Source: Candidatus Hermodarchaeota archaeon (GTDB taxonomy: Archaea; Asgardarchaeota; Heimdallarchaeia; Hodarchaeales; Hodarchaeaceae). Taken from it: DNA of 32,000 nucleotides. A program made the position numbers and the translations under genes. Shown here piece after piece: positions 18,785 through 26,762 of this stretch (position 1 is the first letter of the stretch; every line of letters starts with the position of its first letter). The DNA lies in contig JBHLKY010000004.1 in assembly GCA_048886185.1 (NCBI GenBank), positions 202,576 to 234,575 on the forward strand, written 5' to 3'. A model generated the notes under the pieces. It worked only from the letters and a program-made list of their open reading frames with translations. It searched no databases and was not told where the DNA came from.

Positions 18785-20089
18785 GTGAGTGAGAAGTTAA
18801 AACAGAACAATAAAAAATCAGGTTTCCTTCCTTTTAGGTATCCAGATTTCGGAAAGCTACTTACAGGACAATTAGTGTCAAATATTGGCTCTCAATTTTC
18901 TTATATTGCAATTCTGTTTCTTGTTTATGATTTAACAGGAGAAATTTACGCCATGGCATTATTATCAATAGCTCAAGCAATTCCAATGATTTTGATTGGG
19001 CCCTGGGCTGGTGTAGTCGTTGATAAGGTTGACCGGAAATATGCAATGGCTTTTGCAGATATAGGACAAGCTTGCGCCATTATAATTATCCCTTTCACGA
19101 CAAGTTTACCTGATAATGTTCGTCTTTGGTGGATTGTAGGAATAGCGTTTTGTAACGCATCTTTTGCTAGATTCTTTTATCCTGCGCGAGGCGCCTCAAT
19201 TCCCAAGTTAGTTGAGGATAACAAGGATCTTCTTTCAGCAAATTCATACAGCGCTGGCACATATCAAACGTCAGCTCTCATTGGCCCACTGTTTGCCGGG
19301 ATTATTATCGGTGTCTTTGGCTATGAAATACCGTTTTTCATTGATTCTCTTTCATTTCTCTTTTCTGCTGTTTGTATATTGCTAATAAGAAAATCTTTGA
19401 AAGCTACGCATACATCAACAAAGAAACCATTTGAAGATCTTAAAATAGGGGGTAATTACATTATTAATTTTTTACCCCTCCTCTATCTGTTAATTGTTTT
19501 TTCAGGATTAATGTTTGCAGGAGGAGCATCAATGATCTTGATAGTTCCTTACTTAGAAATTGAATTCATGCTTGGGGAAGGGATTCGTGAATTTATTTTT
19601 GGATTAATGACTTCCTTTTCAGCAGTAATAGGAATAATAATTGCAGTTATGCTATCAAGAAAAACTCAGATCTCTAAACCAGTTACTCTAATATCAATAA
19701 CGAATGTTTTAGCGGGTATTATACTAATTATTTTTGGTGCTGCTCCAAACATCTGGATAGTTGGCCTAGCATGGATTGGATTTGGGGCAATCGAGGTTTT
19801 TATTGGAATTCCATTACAAACTATTGCTCAAGAAACTGTTCCCGACATGTTACGGGGTAAGATTTTCTCTTTTATTAACCTCTCAATCACTGTGTCCCAA
19901 ATCGCTGGGATGGGCTTAGTTAGCATTATCGCAAGTACAAGAATTGGAATCAGGGGGAGTCTAATATTAAATGGTATACTTTTATGTATTTTTTTCATAT
20001 TTGGAATAATAGTATTAAGAAGGAAGCAATTAGAATATTTAGTATCACAAAGAAGGATTGAACTAAGACAACCTTCCATCATACAATGA
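18785..20089 (+). CDS. MFS transporter (DHA3/macrolide efflux-like)
   Basis: Motif A variant GPWAGVVVDKVDRK, ~12 TM segments, QETVPDMLRGKIFS. GTG start. Confidence 0.88.
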   Translation: MSEKLKQNNKKSGFLPFRYPDFGKLLTGQLVSNIGSQFSYIAILFLVYDLTGEIYAMALLSIAQAIPMILIGPWAGVVVDKVDRKYAMAFADIGQACAIIIIPFTTSLPDNVRLWWIVGIAFCNASFARFFYPARGASIPKLVEDNKDLLSANSYSAGTYQTSALIGPLFAGIIIGVFGYEIPFFIDSLSFLFSAVCILLIRKSLKATHTSTKKPFEDLKIGGNYIINFLPLLYLLIVFSGLMFAGGASMILIVPYLEIEFMLGEGIREFIFGLMTSFSAVIGIIIAVMLSRKTQISKPVTLISITNVLAGIILIIFGAAPNIWIVGLAWIGFGAIEVFIGIPLQTIAQETVPDMLRGKIFSFINLSITVSQIAGMGLVSIIASTRIGIRGSLILNGILLCIFFIFGIIVLRRKQLEYLVSQRRIELRQPSIIQ

Positions 20090-20092
20090 AAT

Positions 20093-21691
20093 CTAGTCTT
20101 CTAGGGGATTATTAATCGATGGTGTTATTATCTTAGCATATTCTTTGACTTTCGCTTCTTCGCTGGTTTCTTTCAAGACTAAAACATACTCTAAACAGCC
20201 TCGTGCACGTTCTCGTCGTTGGATCATGTCATCTAGATTACTGGTAATGTCAAGGTGAATTACTACATCTGCTTCCCCCAAGTTCAAACCACGGCCACCA
20301 ACAGGAGTAAAGATCAGAACATTCACATCTTCCTGTTGAAATTGTTCAAGGATTATTCGTCTTGTGTCTTCAGGAGTTTTTCCAGATAAATATTTGACAC
20401 CTGGAAATCCTAATGCTCTAGTAAGGAGCATATTCGTCTGTTCTCCAAGAGCCAAATAACGTGTAAATAGTAAAATTTTTGCTCCTCGAATTAAGTGTTC
20501 ATGAATTAGTTCAATGGCTGTATCGACTTTGGGATTAATCAATCCACGGATGGTTGTCTCATCTGGTTTATCAAAACGAGGTAGTTCAGAACGATATGAA
20601 ATCAGTGATGAACTTGCTTCGATGACGTTTTGAAAAGCCTCTTGGTTTTCATCAATCTTTATATATTTCAAAAACTCCCCTGGAGTTGAATCAAGAAGAA
20701 GAAGTCTCGCATGGGTAAGCTTGAAGAGAAGTGAGAAAGCATTCACCAGTTGTTCACGAGAATCGTTATCATTTACATTATATTTACCAATGCGAATGGG
20801 AAAAGAAGCTTGTGTGTCTTTTAATCTATCAAGGGCTCCTCCGTAAGACAGTTTGATGATATCCAAACGGTTTAATTGTGGATCAAGAAGTTCTTGAATT
20901 GTAGTAATTGGTTTGGTTAAAAGGTTCGATATTAATCTGTCTATATTTTTGTAATCTTCACGTTCTATCTCACGAAACTGTGTAATTGTTTCATAAGGAG
21001 CTAATTCAGGTCGTTGCATGAGATGTGTCCCTTCACCGAGGATTTTGATAATTGCCTGGGCGCGATATTGGTCTCTTGTTCCTGTCATTCCTAAGACTGG
21101 AAAATCACCAACTTTTACACGCACCTGAAAGAATTCTTCAAAAAACTTACTTAGGCGGAATCCAGTCATGGATCGTGCAAGTAAGTCAGTTGCTTCATCA
21201 ATAACACATAATTGGACTGATTGTAAGATATCGATATTTCGACGGGATTTAATTTGAAATCGATCATTCATAAGAGCAGTTATAGGTGAAAAAATAACAT
21301 CTGATACACTGTACATTTTCTCTTTCTGAGTTAAGCTTAATCCCATGCTACTAGTTTTGGGATCGAATAGATAACCCAATTTATCGACAAAACCAAATTC
21401 TTTTGCCATTTCCAAAGCTTGACGACACCGTAAGGCTGCTGCTTCTCTTGCAGAGGTGAAAATAAACTTTGCTTTAGGATCCCTCTTTTTTAAAGTTAAA
21501 AAGACTAAAAGAGCAATAATCGTTTTCCCTGTACCATAAGGATAGTTTAATAATGAAGAATTTGGTAGTTTAGTAATTATTTCTTGTGTCGCAGCAAGCT
21601 GATAATCTCGTTGTTCAATTGTAAGGCCATTAAGATGTTCTTTCATATTTAGGTTGAAATTCATTTTACCAAACTCTATAAACTTGTACAA
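20093..21691 (-). CDS. Superfamily 2 helicase, Hef/FANCM-like core with divergent motifs and no nuclease domain
   Basis: Q motif RDYQ, Walker A YPYGTGKT, Walker B VIDEATD, motif III GMTGT, helical insertion between RecA lobes, motif V GGRGLNL, motif VI IQRRERARG. Confidence 0.75.
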   Translation of the reverse strand: MYKFIEFGKMNFNLNMKEHLNGLTIEQRDYQLAATQEIITKLPNSSLLNYPYGTGKTIIALLVFLTLKKRDPKAKFIFTSAREAAALRCRQALEMAKEFGFVDKLGYLFDPKTSSMGLSLTQKEKMYSVSDVIFSPITALMNDRFQIKSRRNIDILQSVQLCVIDEATDLLARSMTGFRLSKFFEEFFQVRVKVGDFPVLGMTGTRDQYRAQAIIKILGEGTHLMQRPELAPYETITQFREIEREDYKNIDRLISNLLTKPITTIQELLDPQLNRLDIIKLSYGGALDRLKDTQASFPIRIGKYNVNDNDSREQLVNAFSLLFKLTHARLLLLDSTPGEFLKYIKIDENQEAFQNVIEASSSLISYRSELPRFDKPDETTIRGLINPKVDTAIELIHEHLIRGAKILLFTRYLALGEQTNMLLTRALGFPGVKYLSGKTPEDTRRIILEQFQQEDVNVLIFTPVGGRGLNLGEADVVIHLDITSNLDDMIQRRERARGCLEYVLVLKETSEEAKVKEYAKIITPSINNPLED

Positions 21692-21758
21692 AGAACACTC
21701 TTTTTAAAAGCTACATTTCTAAAACAAGAATCAAATAATGTAAAAAGAGATGTAGACC

Positions 21759-22262
21759 TTGGAAGAATTAATCACTACATTTAGATCACGTCGTCTAGGA
21801 ATATTATTCATTTTAAAAATGGTTCCACTAGATTTATGGGATTGGAAACCGAATCCCTCTATGAGGAGTACTGCCGAATTAGGTAATCATCTGGCTTGTA
21901 GCCCTCTTGGTATTCTTGAGCTGCTCCGAGGGAATATCTCGAATGAGGAAAAATATAATGATTTGGAGAAAAATAATATGCCAATTAATGCTCAAGGATT
22001 AACACATTTGTATGACCAAAGTTTAAGCAAATTACTTTCTTATCTCCAAGAGCATCTAGAGAATGCGCGAACCGAAAATATCCGTTTTTTTTATCAGGAT
22101 CATGACACGTCAATGTATAAGGAGGCTTTCGATGAAATTGGGCATGAGTGGTTTCATTTGGGCCAATTGTACACCTATCTAAGACAGAATGGTATTCCAA
22201 TTGATATGGGCGCTTATTATGGGTACAAAGACCCAGATCCTAACCTCCCTCCAAATAAGTAA
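21759..22262 (+). CDS. DinB/YfiT family protein
   Basis: WKPNPSMRSTAELGNHL and HEWFHLGQLYTYLRQNG (His triad pattern). Confidence 0.85.
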   Translation: MEELITTFRSRRLGILFILKMVPLDLWDWKPNPSMRSTAELGNHLACSPLGILELLRGNISNEEKYNDLEKNNMPINAQGLTHLYDQSLSKLLSYLQEHLENARTENIRFFYQDHDTSMYKEAFDEIGHEWFHLGQLYTYLRQNGIPIDMGAYYGYKDPDPNLPPNK

Positions 22263-22316
22263 TAATTCCATCTTATCTATATGGGAATGAAAGGAATTTT
22301 TTTCGGTTAAGTTATT

Positions 22317-22345
22317 GAATCTTGGGTTATGCCTTACCCAGATTT
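22317..22345. terminator. Imperfect hairpin between the convergent DinB and longin genes
   Basis: aatct(t)gggt-tatgcctt-acccagatt inverted repeat with one bulge, near T-rich runs. Confidence 0.3.
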
Positions 22346-22781
22346 AATAAATGCTTGAAATCACTTTTCCTTCTATCAGAGGATGCTTTAATTCAACTAA
22401 ACCACTAGTTTGAAGGATATTGTCCAGAGATGATCTAAAATCTTTAAATAAAGAAGGTTCAACAATTTTCTGGTTGAGATACTCTTGATACTGTTGAATA
22501 AATTTGCTATAAATTCTCCTCATAGTTGTAAATAATTTTCGTTTGGAGATTTGTTTCTCAGATGTTACTAGAGCGAGAACTATTGTTTCTCTCGATTCAT
22601 AAAAGATGGAATGGTGTTCCATACGAATTTCATTAATTTTCTCACCAATCATATTCTTGGCAAAACTAGAAATAGCTGCCAAGAATCCACTAAAAAGGTC
22701 AACATCATCGGATTCATCCCCATAAGAGCGTGAGAGTAAGCATAGTCCTGATTCATGAATTATGAAAACTTTCCGAATCAT
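22344..22781 (-). CDS. Longin-like (profilin/longin fold) small protein of Asgard type
   Basis: MIRKVFIIHESGLCLLSRSY..DVDLFSGFLAAISSFAKNM..KINEIRME..IFYE..LALVT..KFIQQY follows the typical Asgard longin pattern. Confidence 0.72.
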   Translation of the reverse strand: MIRKVFIIHESGLCLLSRSYGDESDDVDLFSGFLAAISSFAKNMIGEKINEIRMEHHSIFYESRETIVLALVTSEKQISKRKLFTTMRRIYSKFIQQYQEYLNQKIVEPSLFKDFRSSLDNILQTSGLVELKHPLIEGKVISSIY

Positions 22782-23104
22782 AAAGGGGCACTTTCCTTAT
22801 ACGAGAAGGGTGACTTAAACATCAATTCATTTGAAAATTTTAATCCTTCTGTCCCATAAATTTTAAGAATGGCTTCATTATCATTGATAAGTTCAAGGTA
22901 AAATTGAGTGTTGGTCAGTTCGTAAAGAGCGACAAGAAATGTTTTAAGAATTTCCTGAAACTGATAAATCGTCTGTGAGAAAAAACAATGCAATCCATCC
23001 TCTCGAATCTCATAATCCTGAAAAAAAGTAGGGGAAAATAGCGCTATCATGAGAGCAGCGTTTAGCTGAGTGTCTGGAGTCTGGAGGATAGTTGTTTTTA
23101 CCAT
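22778..23104 (-). CDS. Hypothetical protein, translationally coupled to the longin gene
   Basis: 108-aa ORF whose stop overlaps the longin start (ATGA at 22778-22781). No recognisable family. Confidence 0.65.
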   Translation of the reverse strand: MVKTTILQTPDTQLNAALMIALFSPTFFQDYEIREDGLHCFFSQTIYQFQEILKTFLVALYELTNTQFYLELINDNEAILKIYGTEGLKFSNELMFKSPFSYKESAPL

Positions 23105-23124
23105 TTTTTTTACCTTTGTTATGG

Positions 23125-23147
23125 AAAAAAAGGGGATATCATCCCCT
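23125..23147 (-). terminator. Hairpin plus T7 run immediately after the small peptide gene
   Basis: The minus strand reads AGGGGAT-GAT-ATCCCCT then TTTTTT: a perfect 7-bp stem starting 8 nt after the TAA. Confidence 0.6.
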
Positions 23148-23155
23148 ATATATTG

Positions 23156-23308
23156 TTAGGGGGTAGGGGGTGTTGTTGTTGGGTCAGTTAAGCCTGTTGA
23201 TATCCCTAAAAGGAAGATAGCTAAGACAATGATTAAAGGAACCATTTTAAGGATGATTACTTTAATTGATCTATGATTTTCCAGTTTACTACGGAGTCTA
23301 TTTAACAT
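23156..23308 (-). CDS. Unannotated 50-aa small protein: signal-peptide/TM-like body with Thr/Pro-rich C-terminal tail
   Basis: Translation MLNRLRSKLENHRSIKVIILKMVPLIIVLAIFLLGISTGLTDPTTTPPTP*. GAGGAG SD 7 nt upstream of the ATG and a terminator-like hairpin right after the stop. Confidence 0.75.
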   Translation of the reverse strand: MLNRLRSKLENHRSIKVIILKMVPLIIVLAIFLLGISTGLTDPTTTPPTP

Positions 23309-23315
23309 TGATTTT

Positions 23316-23321
23316 CTCCTC
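23316..23321 (-). promoter_or_regulatory. Shine-Dalgarno site of the small peptide gene
   Basis: GAGGAG on the minus strand (plus ctcctc), followed by a 7-nt spacer to the ATG at 23308. Confidence 0.65.
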
Positions 23322-23456
23322 TATTGCTTGGGAAAAGAAAACAACACAAGAACCTATATTTAGAAATATTAATGAAGTAAATAGAAAGAAAAAAAATCAT
23401 AAAATGATGCCATTTTTGCTATGAGATTTCTTATTAAGATATAGGGAAGTCTGATC

Positions 23457-24899
23457 ATGAAGTTATTAGAGGACGAACATTCTGATTTGATTAGTCTAAA
23501 ACTGCCTGTGAACTTTATCGATGATTTTATAGAATATTGGGAGAATATCAAAAGAATTGTGAAACCTGAAGGGAAACCTCCCATTTCGTGGAAAAAATGG
23601 AATTTAATATCTAAAAAGTACTTAGAAATTTTAACAATTCCATTTTATAACAAATGGGAGCATTTAAGGATAATGTCACAGATTAAAGCATATATCAAGG
23701 CTTTCGCCTCAATCACACTTCATTTTAAGGGAGGAGCTATCTTACTACCTAAGCAGATAATTCTTTATGAAATAATGAGACCTGATAACACTCTAATTTC
23801 AAGTTTAAAAGTGAATCCTTCGAAAAAGTCATTTGAAAGGATTTTAGATTCTCTCTGCGTTGATCTAAACATTCGATTGATAAAAAGTGATGTTCAAATC
23901 ATTCAAAAACTGACACAGCCTGGATTCTCAAAATCATTAGATCGGTTTCCTAAATTAAAAGAATTGGCATATGGCATAAGACGAGATGTCAGAACAGTAT
24001 CGAGTCGTTTAGATTATTTAATTCAACTCCGAGTATTAAGTTTGATTTACTTAGTTGATATGGCTCGGATTGGATATCAAACAGTTCTATTATTTCATAA
24101 CATTGGAAGATCACAAATCCCGAAAGAATTTCATCCCTACATTGTGATGCTTTTTCCTTTACCTGATGGTAGCTTTCCAACAATCATGCAATATCCATTC
24201 AAAGATATTCGAATCTATAAAAAACTCTTAGATTTCTTTAATCCAGAAGATAAATTGGTTTTGAAGAACCAGTATCGTGGGTGGAATTTTGCAGGATTGA
24301 AGCAAAATCAAGACGAAAGATGGAAATTATTACCCCCAATTCTCCAAGATGGTGGAGGTTGGAATATGAGATTAATAATTGGAGAAACAGGTATCGAATT
24401 TAACCTAGATCCACATTACGATCCCTTCTTATTATCTCCTAGACAAGGACAACTTCTTGGTTTAATTCATAAACTTTCCACAATGGAGGAGGAGTTTCTT
24501 TCCAAACAGCTAGGCGTGGGTCGGGCTTATATCACACAAGATGCAAAGGAGCTTCTGAGAAATCAAGTCATTTTTCGTTTTCCTATATTTTCAAACCTTG
24601 GTCTTGGAGCGTGGATATACTTTTACATTCAAGGTATAACATCTAGAGGTCTAATGAATGTTCTTGAGCATTTGAAATTTTTTCCATATGTAAACATATT
24701 TTATAATCGAAATTCAGGATCACTAGTGGGCCGAGTTAATGTCCCACCTGCATGGACAAATGTATTCATTTATCGCTTAACATCTCTCCCTGAAAGTTAT
24801 CCAGGGTGTTCTTTTTCATATTATATAGGCCCTGATGCCTATGCTCCTTGGGCTTTTGATATTTTAGGAACATTCAACTGGACAAACCTTCCTCAATAG
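23457..24899 (+). CDS. Tandem Lrp/AsnC-like winged-helix transcriptional regulator with an extra N-terminal domain
   Basis: HTH 1: DVQIIQKL..PKLKELAYGIRRDVRTVSSRLDYL..VL..VDMARIGY. HTH 2: LSPRQGQLLGLI..EEFLSKQLGVGRAYITQDAKELLRNQVI..SNLGL. Each is followed by a RAM-like alpha/beta region. Confidence 0.7.
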   Translation: MKLLEDEHSDLISLKLPVNFIDDFIEYWENIKRIVKPEGKPPISWKKWNLISKKYLEILTIPFYNKWEHLRIMSQIKAYIKAFASITLHFKGGAILLPKQIILYEIMRPDNTLISSLKVNPSKKSFERILDSLCVDLNIRLIKSDVQIIQKLTQPGFSKSLDRFPKLKELAYGIRRDVRTVSSRLDYLIQLRVLSLIYLVDMARIGYQTVLLFHNIGRSQIPKEFHPYIVMLFPLPDGSFPTIMQYPFKDIRIYKKLLDFFNPEDKLVLKNQYRGWNFAGLKQNQDERWKLLPPILQDGGGWNMRLIIGETGIEFNLDPHYDPFLLSPRQGQLLGLIHKLSTMEEEFLSKQLGVGRAYITQDAKELLRNQVIFRFPIFSNLGLGAWIYFYIQGITSRGLMNVLEHLKFFPYVNIFYNRNSGSLVGRVNVPPAWTNVFIYRLTSLPESYPGCSFSYYIGPDAYAPWAFDILGTFNWTNLPQ

Positions 24900-25049
24900 A
24901 ATACAGTCAATCAAGGTTCATTTTTCACTTTAAAGGTCTCTTAAATAATCATACTTATAGCTTTATAATTTCAGAGTAAATTTTGATTTTAAATTAATCT
25001 TTTTTAATTAAGCCCCGATAATACCTTGTATGCTTAACATTTCAGAGAA

Positions 25050-25994
25050 ATGGATATGATCAACGAAGAAATAATAGGAATATTGTTCGCTCTTCTTGCT
25101 GCAATATGTTGGGGCCTTGGAGCGTCATTGTATAAAGCGGTGATAAAATCTGAGCACTCACTTTTTCTAACTATTGTCATTCGAGGTTCAATTGCTGTTC
25201 CTTTCATTGCTTTTGTAACCTTTTTTGTTAATGGTTTTACTTCTCTTGTTATCTTACTTTCTCCCGAATTACTACCAATTCTTTTTTTTTCAAGCATTTT
25301 TGTAGGATTTGGTGATTTATGGTTTTTTGGTTCGCTTCAACGTATTGATATTACTAAAGCCATGCCTGTTGCTTCGATGTACCCTCTATTCACAGCAATT
25401 CTACTAGTAATCTTTGGACTAGAGATGATTTCTTATTTTGTTATTATTGGAATAATTATATTAATAGCTGGTCTAGGTTTCTTAGCGCAAGAATACAATT
25501 CTCAAACAACCTCGGTAACACGAGAAGATCTAAAAGCGGGATTAGCGCTAGCAGTTTTAGCTGCAATTTTTTGGAGCTTAGGAATATACACCTTGAGGAT
25601 AATTCTGGATTTCCCAGAGGTTGATGTTTATTCGCTTGCAACAGTTCGGTTCGGACTTTTATCTTTCCTTTTTGTCATTTTATGGAGTATAAACACAGTT
25701 TATCGGTACCAAAAGGGGATTGAAGATCCAGCATCCCTCTCTCAGATGTCTAAAAAGATTAGTGTTGTATTAGGTCTAGGTGGTATATTTTCTTGGGGAA
25801 TTGGTGCTATAAGTTTTTTTTCATCAATTGAATTGATTGGAGCAGCTCGGGCTACACCAATATCCTCTGTTAATCCTCTTATCTCAGTAATTATTGGAAT
25901 TTTCTTTCTTAAGGAAAAGCTGTCTCGGTTTCAAGCCATTGGTATTCTATTGATCATTTTTGGATCGATTTTCATATCAATCCAACAGATTTAG
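25050..25994 (+). CDS. DMT/EamA family transporter
   Basis: Two EamA repeats, ~10 TM segments; ALLAAICWG, IGAARATPISSVNPLISVIIGIFFLKEK. Confidence 0.9.
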   Translation: MDMINEEIIGILFALLAAICWGLGASLYKAVIKSEHSLFLTIVIRGSIAVPFIAFVTFFVNGFTSLVILLSPELLPILFFSSIFVGFGDLWFFGSLQRIDITKAMPVASMYPLFTAILLVIFGLEMISYFVIIGIIILIAGLGFLAQEYNSQTTSVTREDLKAGLALAVLAAIFWSLGIYTLRIILDFPEVDVYSLATVRFGLLSFLFVILWSINTVYRYQKGIEDPASLSQMSKKISVVLGLGGIFSWGIGAISFFSSIELIGAARATPISSVNPLISVIIGIFFLKEKLSRFQAIGILLIIFGSIFISIQQI

Positions 25995-26093
25995 AGATTA
26001 CCTCCTTCTATGTGTAAAGAAGTATATGTAGTTGTGGTATTAATTTTTACACAAAGATTTTTTTTATAATATGGAGAAATAATTTCTGTAATG

Positions 26094-26736
26094 TTAGTAG
26101 GACAATAGTTTATTGCCAACAGAAGTCAATCTTTGTCCTAATATGAGTGCATCTTTGGTAACAATGGGATCATTCTTAATAGAATGAAATTTAATTTTTT
26201 GCTTTCCTTCTTCCACGGTAGCATTATTGTTATCATTGGAAAAGGTGCATTTAACCATGGATGGCCTACTCCACCGACAATTATCATTCCATGTCCTAAT
26301 GGAAATTTATTAAAGAATAAATCACGCTTTCTTGTCCTCCTACTCGTAATCCCGAAAAAGCAATTGCAGAAAAAAATTTTCCGCTCTATAGCTGGTCGGG
26401 CATTTTATTGTCTCTTGAACGATCCAAAATATTCTTTAGAATTCCTGGTGGGCCAGTCCAATAGGAGGGAGAGGCGATGATCAATCCTTGTTGATCTATG
26501 ATTAGTTGGTCTAATTTGGGGTAATCATCTTGTTTATCTAAAGGACAAAGCTTAGTTATACAAACTTCACAACCATTACATTTAATTATATCAAAATCGA
26601 CGAGATTTCCAAATTATATCTCAGGCCCTGCTTCCTCCGCGTTATCTAACATTATTTTTAGTAGTGTGTACGTGTTAGATTTTTCCACTGACTTTTTAGG
26701 AGAACAATTTATTCCAAGGAGTTTGAATGGTAATAT
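26094..26736 (-). pseudogene. Disrupted iron-sulfur flavoprotein (Isf / flavodoxin-like NADPH-dependent FMN reductase)
   Basis: Reads LPFKLLGINCSPKK..SNTYTLL..CNGCEVCITKLC..GLIIASPSYWTGPPGILKNILDRS..SGKFFSAIAFSGLRVGGQESVI..LGHGMIIVG..DALILGQRL. In-frame TAA at 26614-26616, TAG at 26386-26388, frameshifts near 26300 and ~26230, and no ATG start. Confidence 0.85.
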
Positions 26737-26762
26737 CTTTTCCTCTGATGCGAATTTGAATG

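Noticed and set aside
23132-23183. Four G-tracts on the plus strand (possible G-quadruplex)
   Set aside because: The loops are long, and the tracts are explained by Pro codons and the hairpin on the opposite strand.
26184-26480. 98-aa plus-strand ORF in the ORF track
   Set aside because: It is the antisense shadow of the Isf pseudogene and has no recognisable motifs.
26386-26616. Pyrrolysine or other stop-codon read-through in the Isf-like gene
   Set aside because: The stops are of two types (TAA and TAG) and are accompanied by frameshifts, which fits decay.
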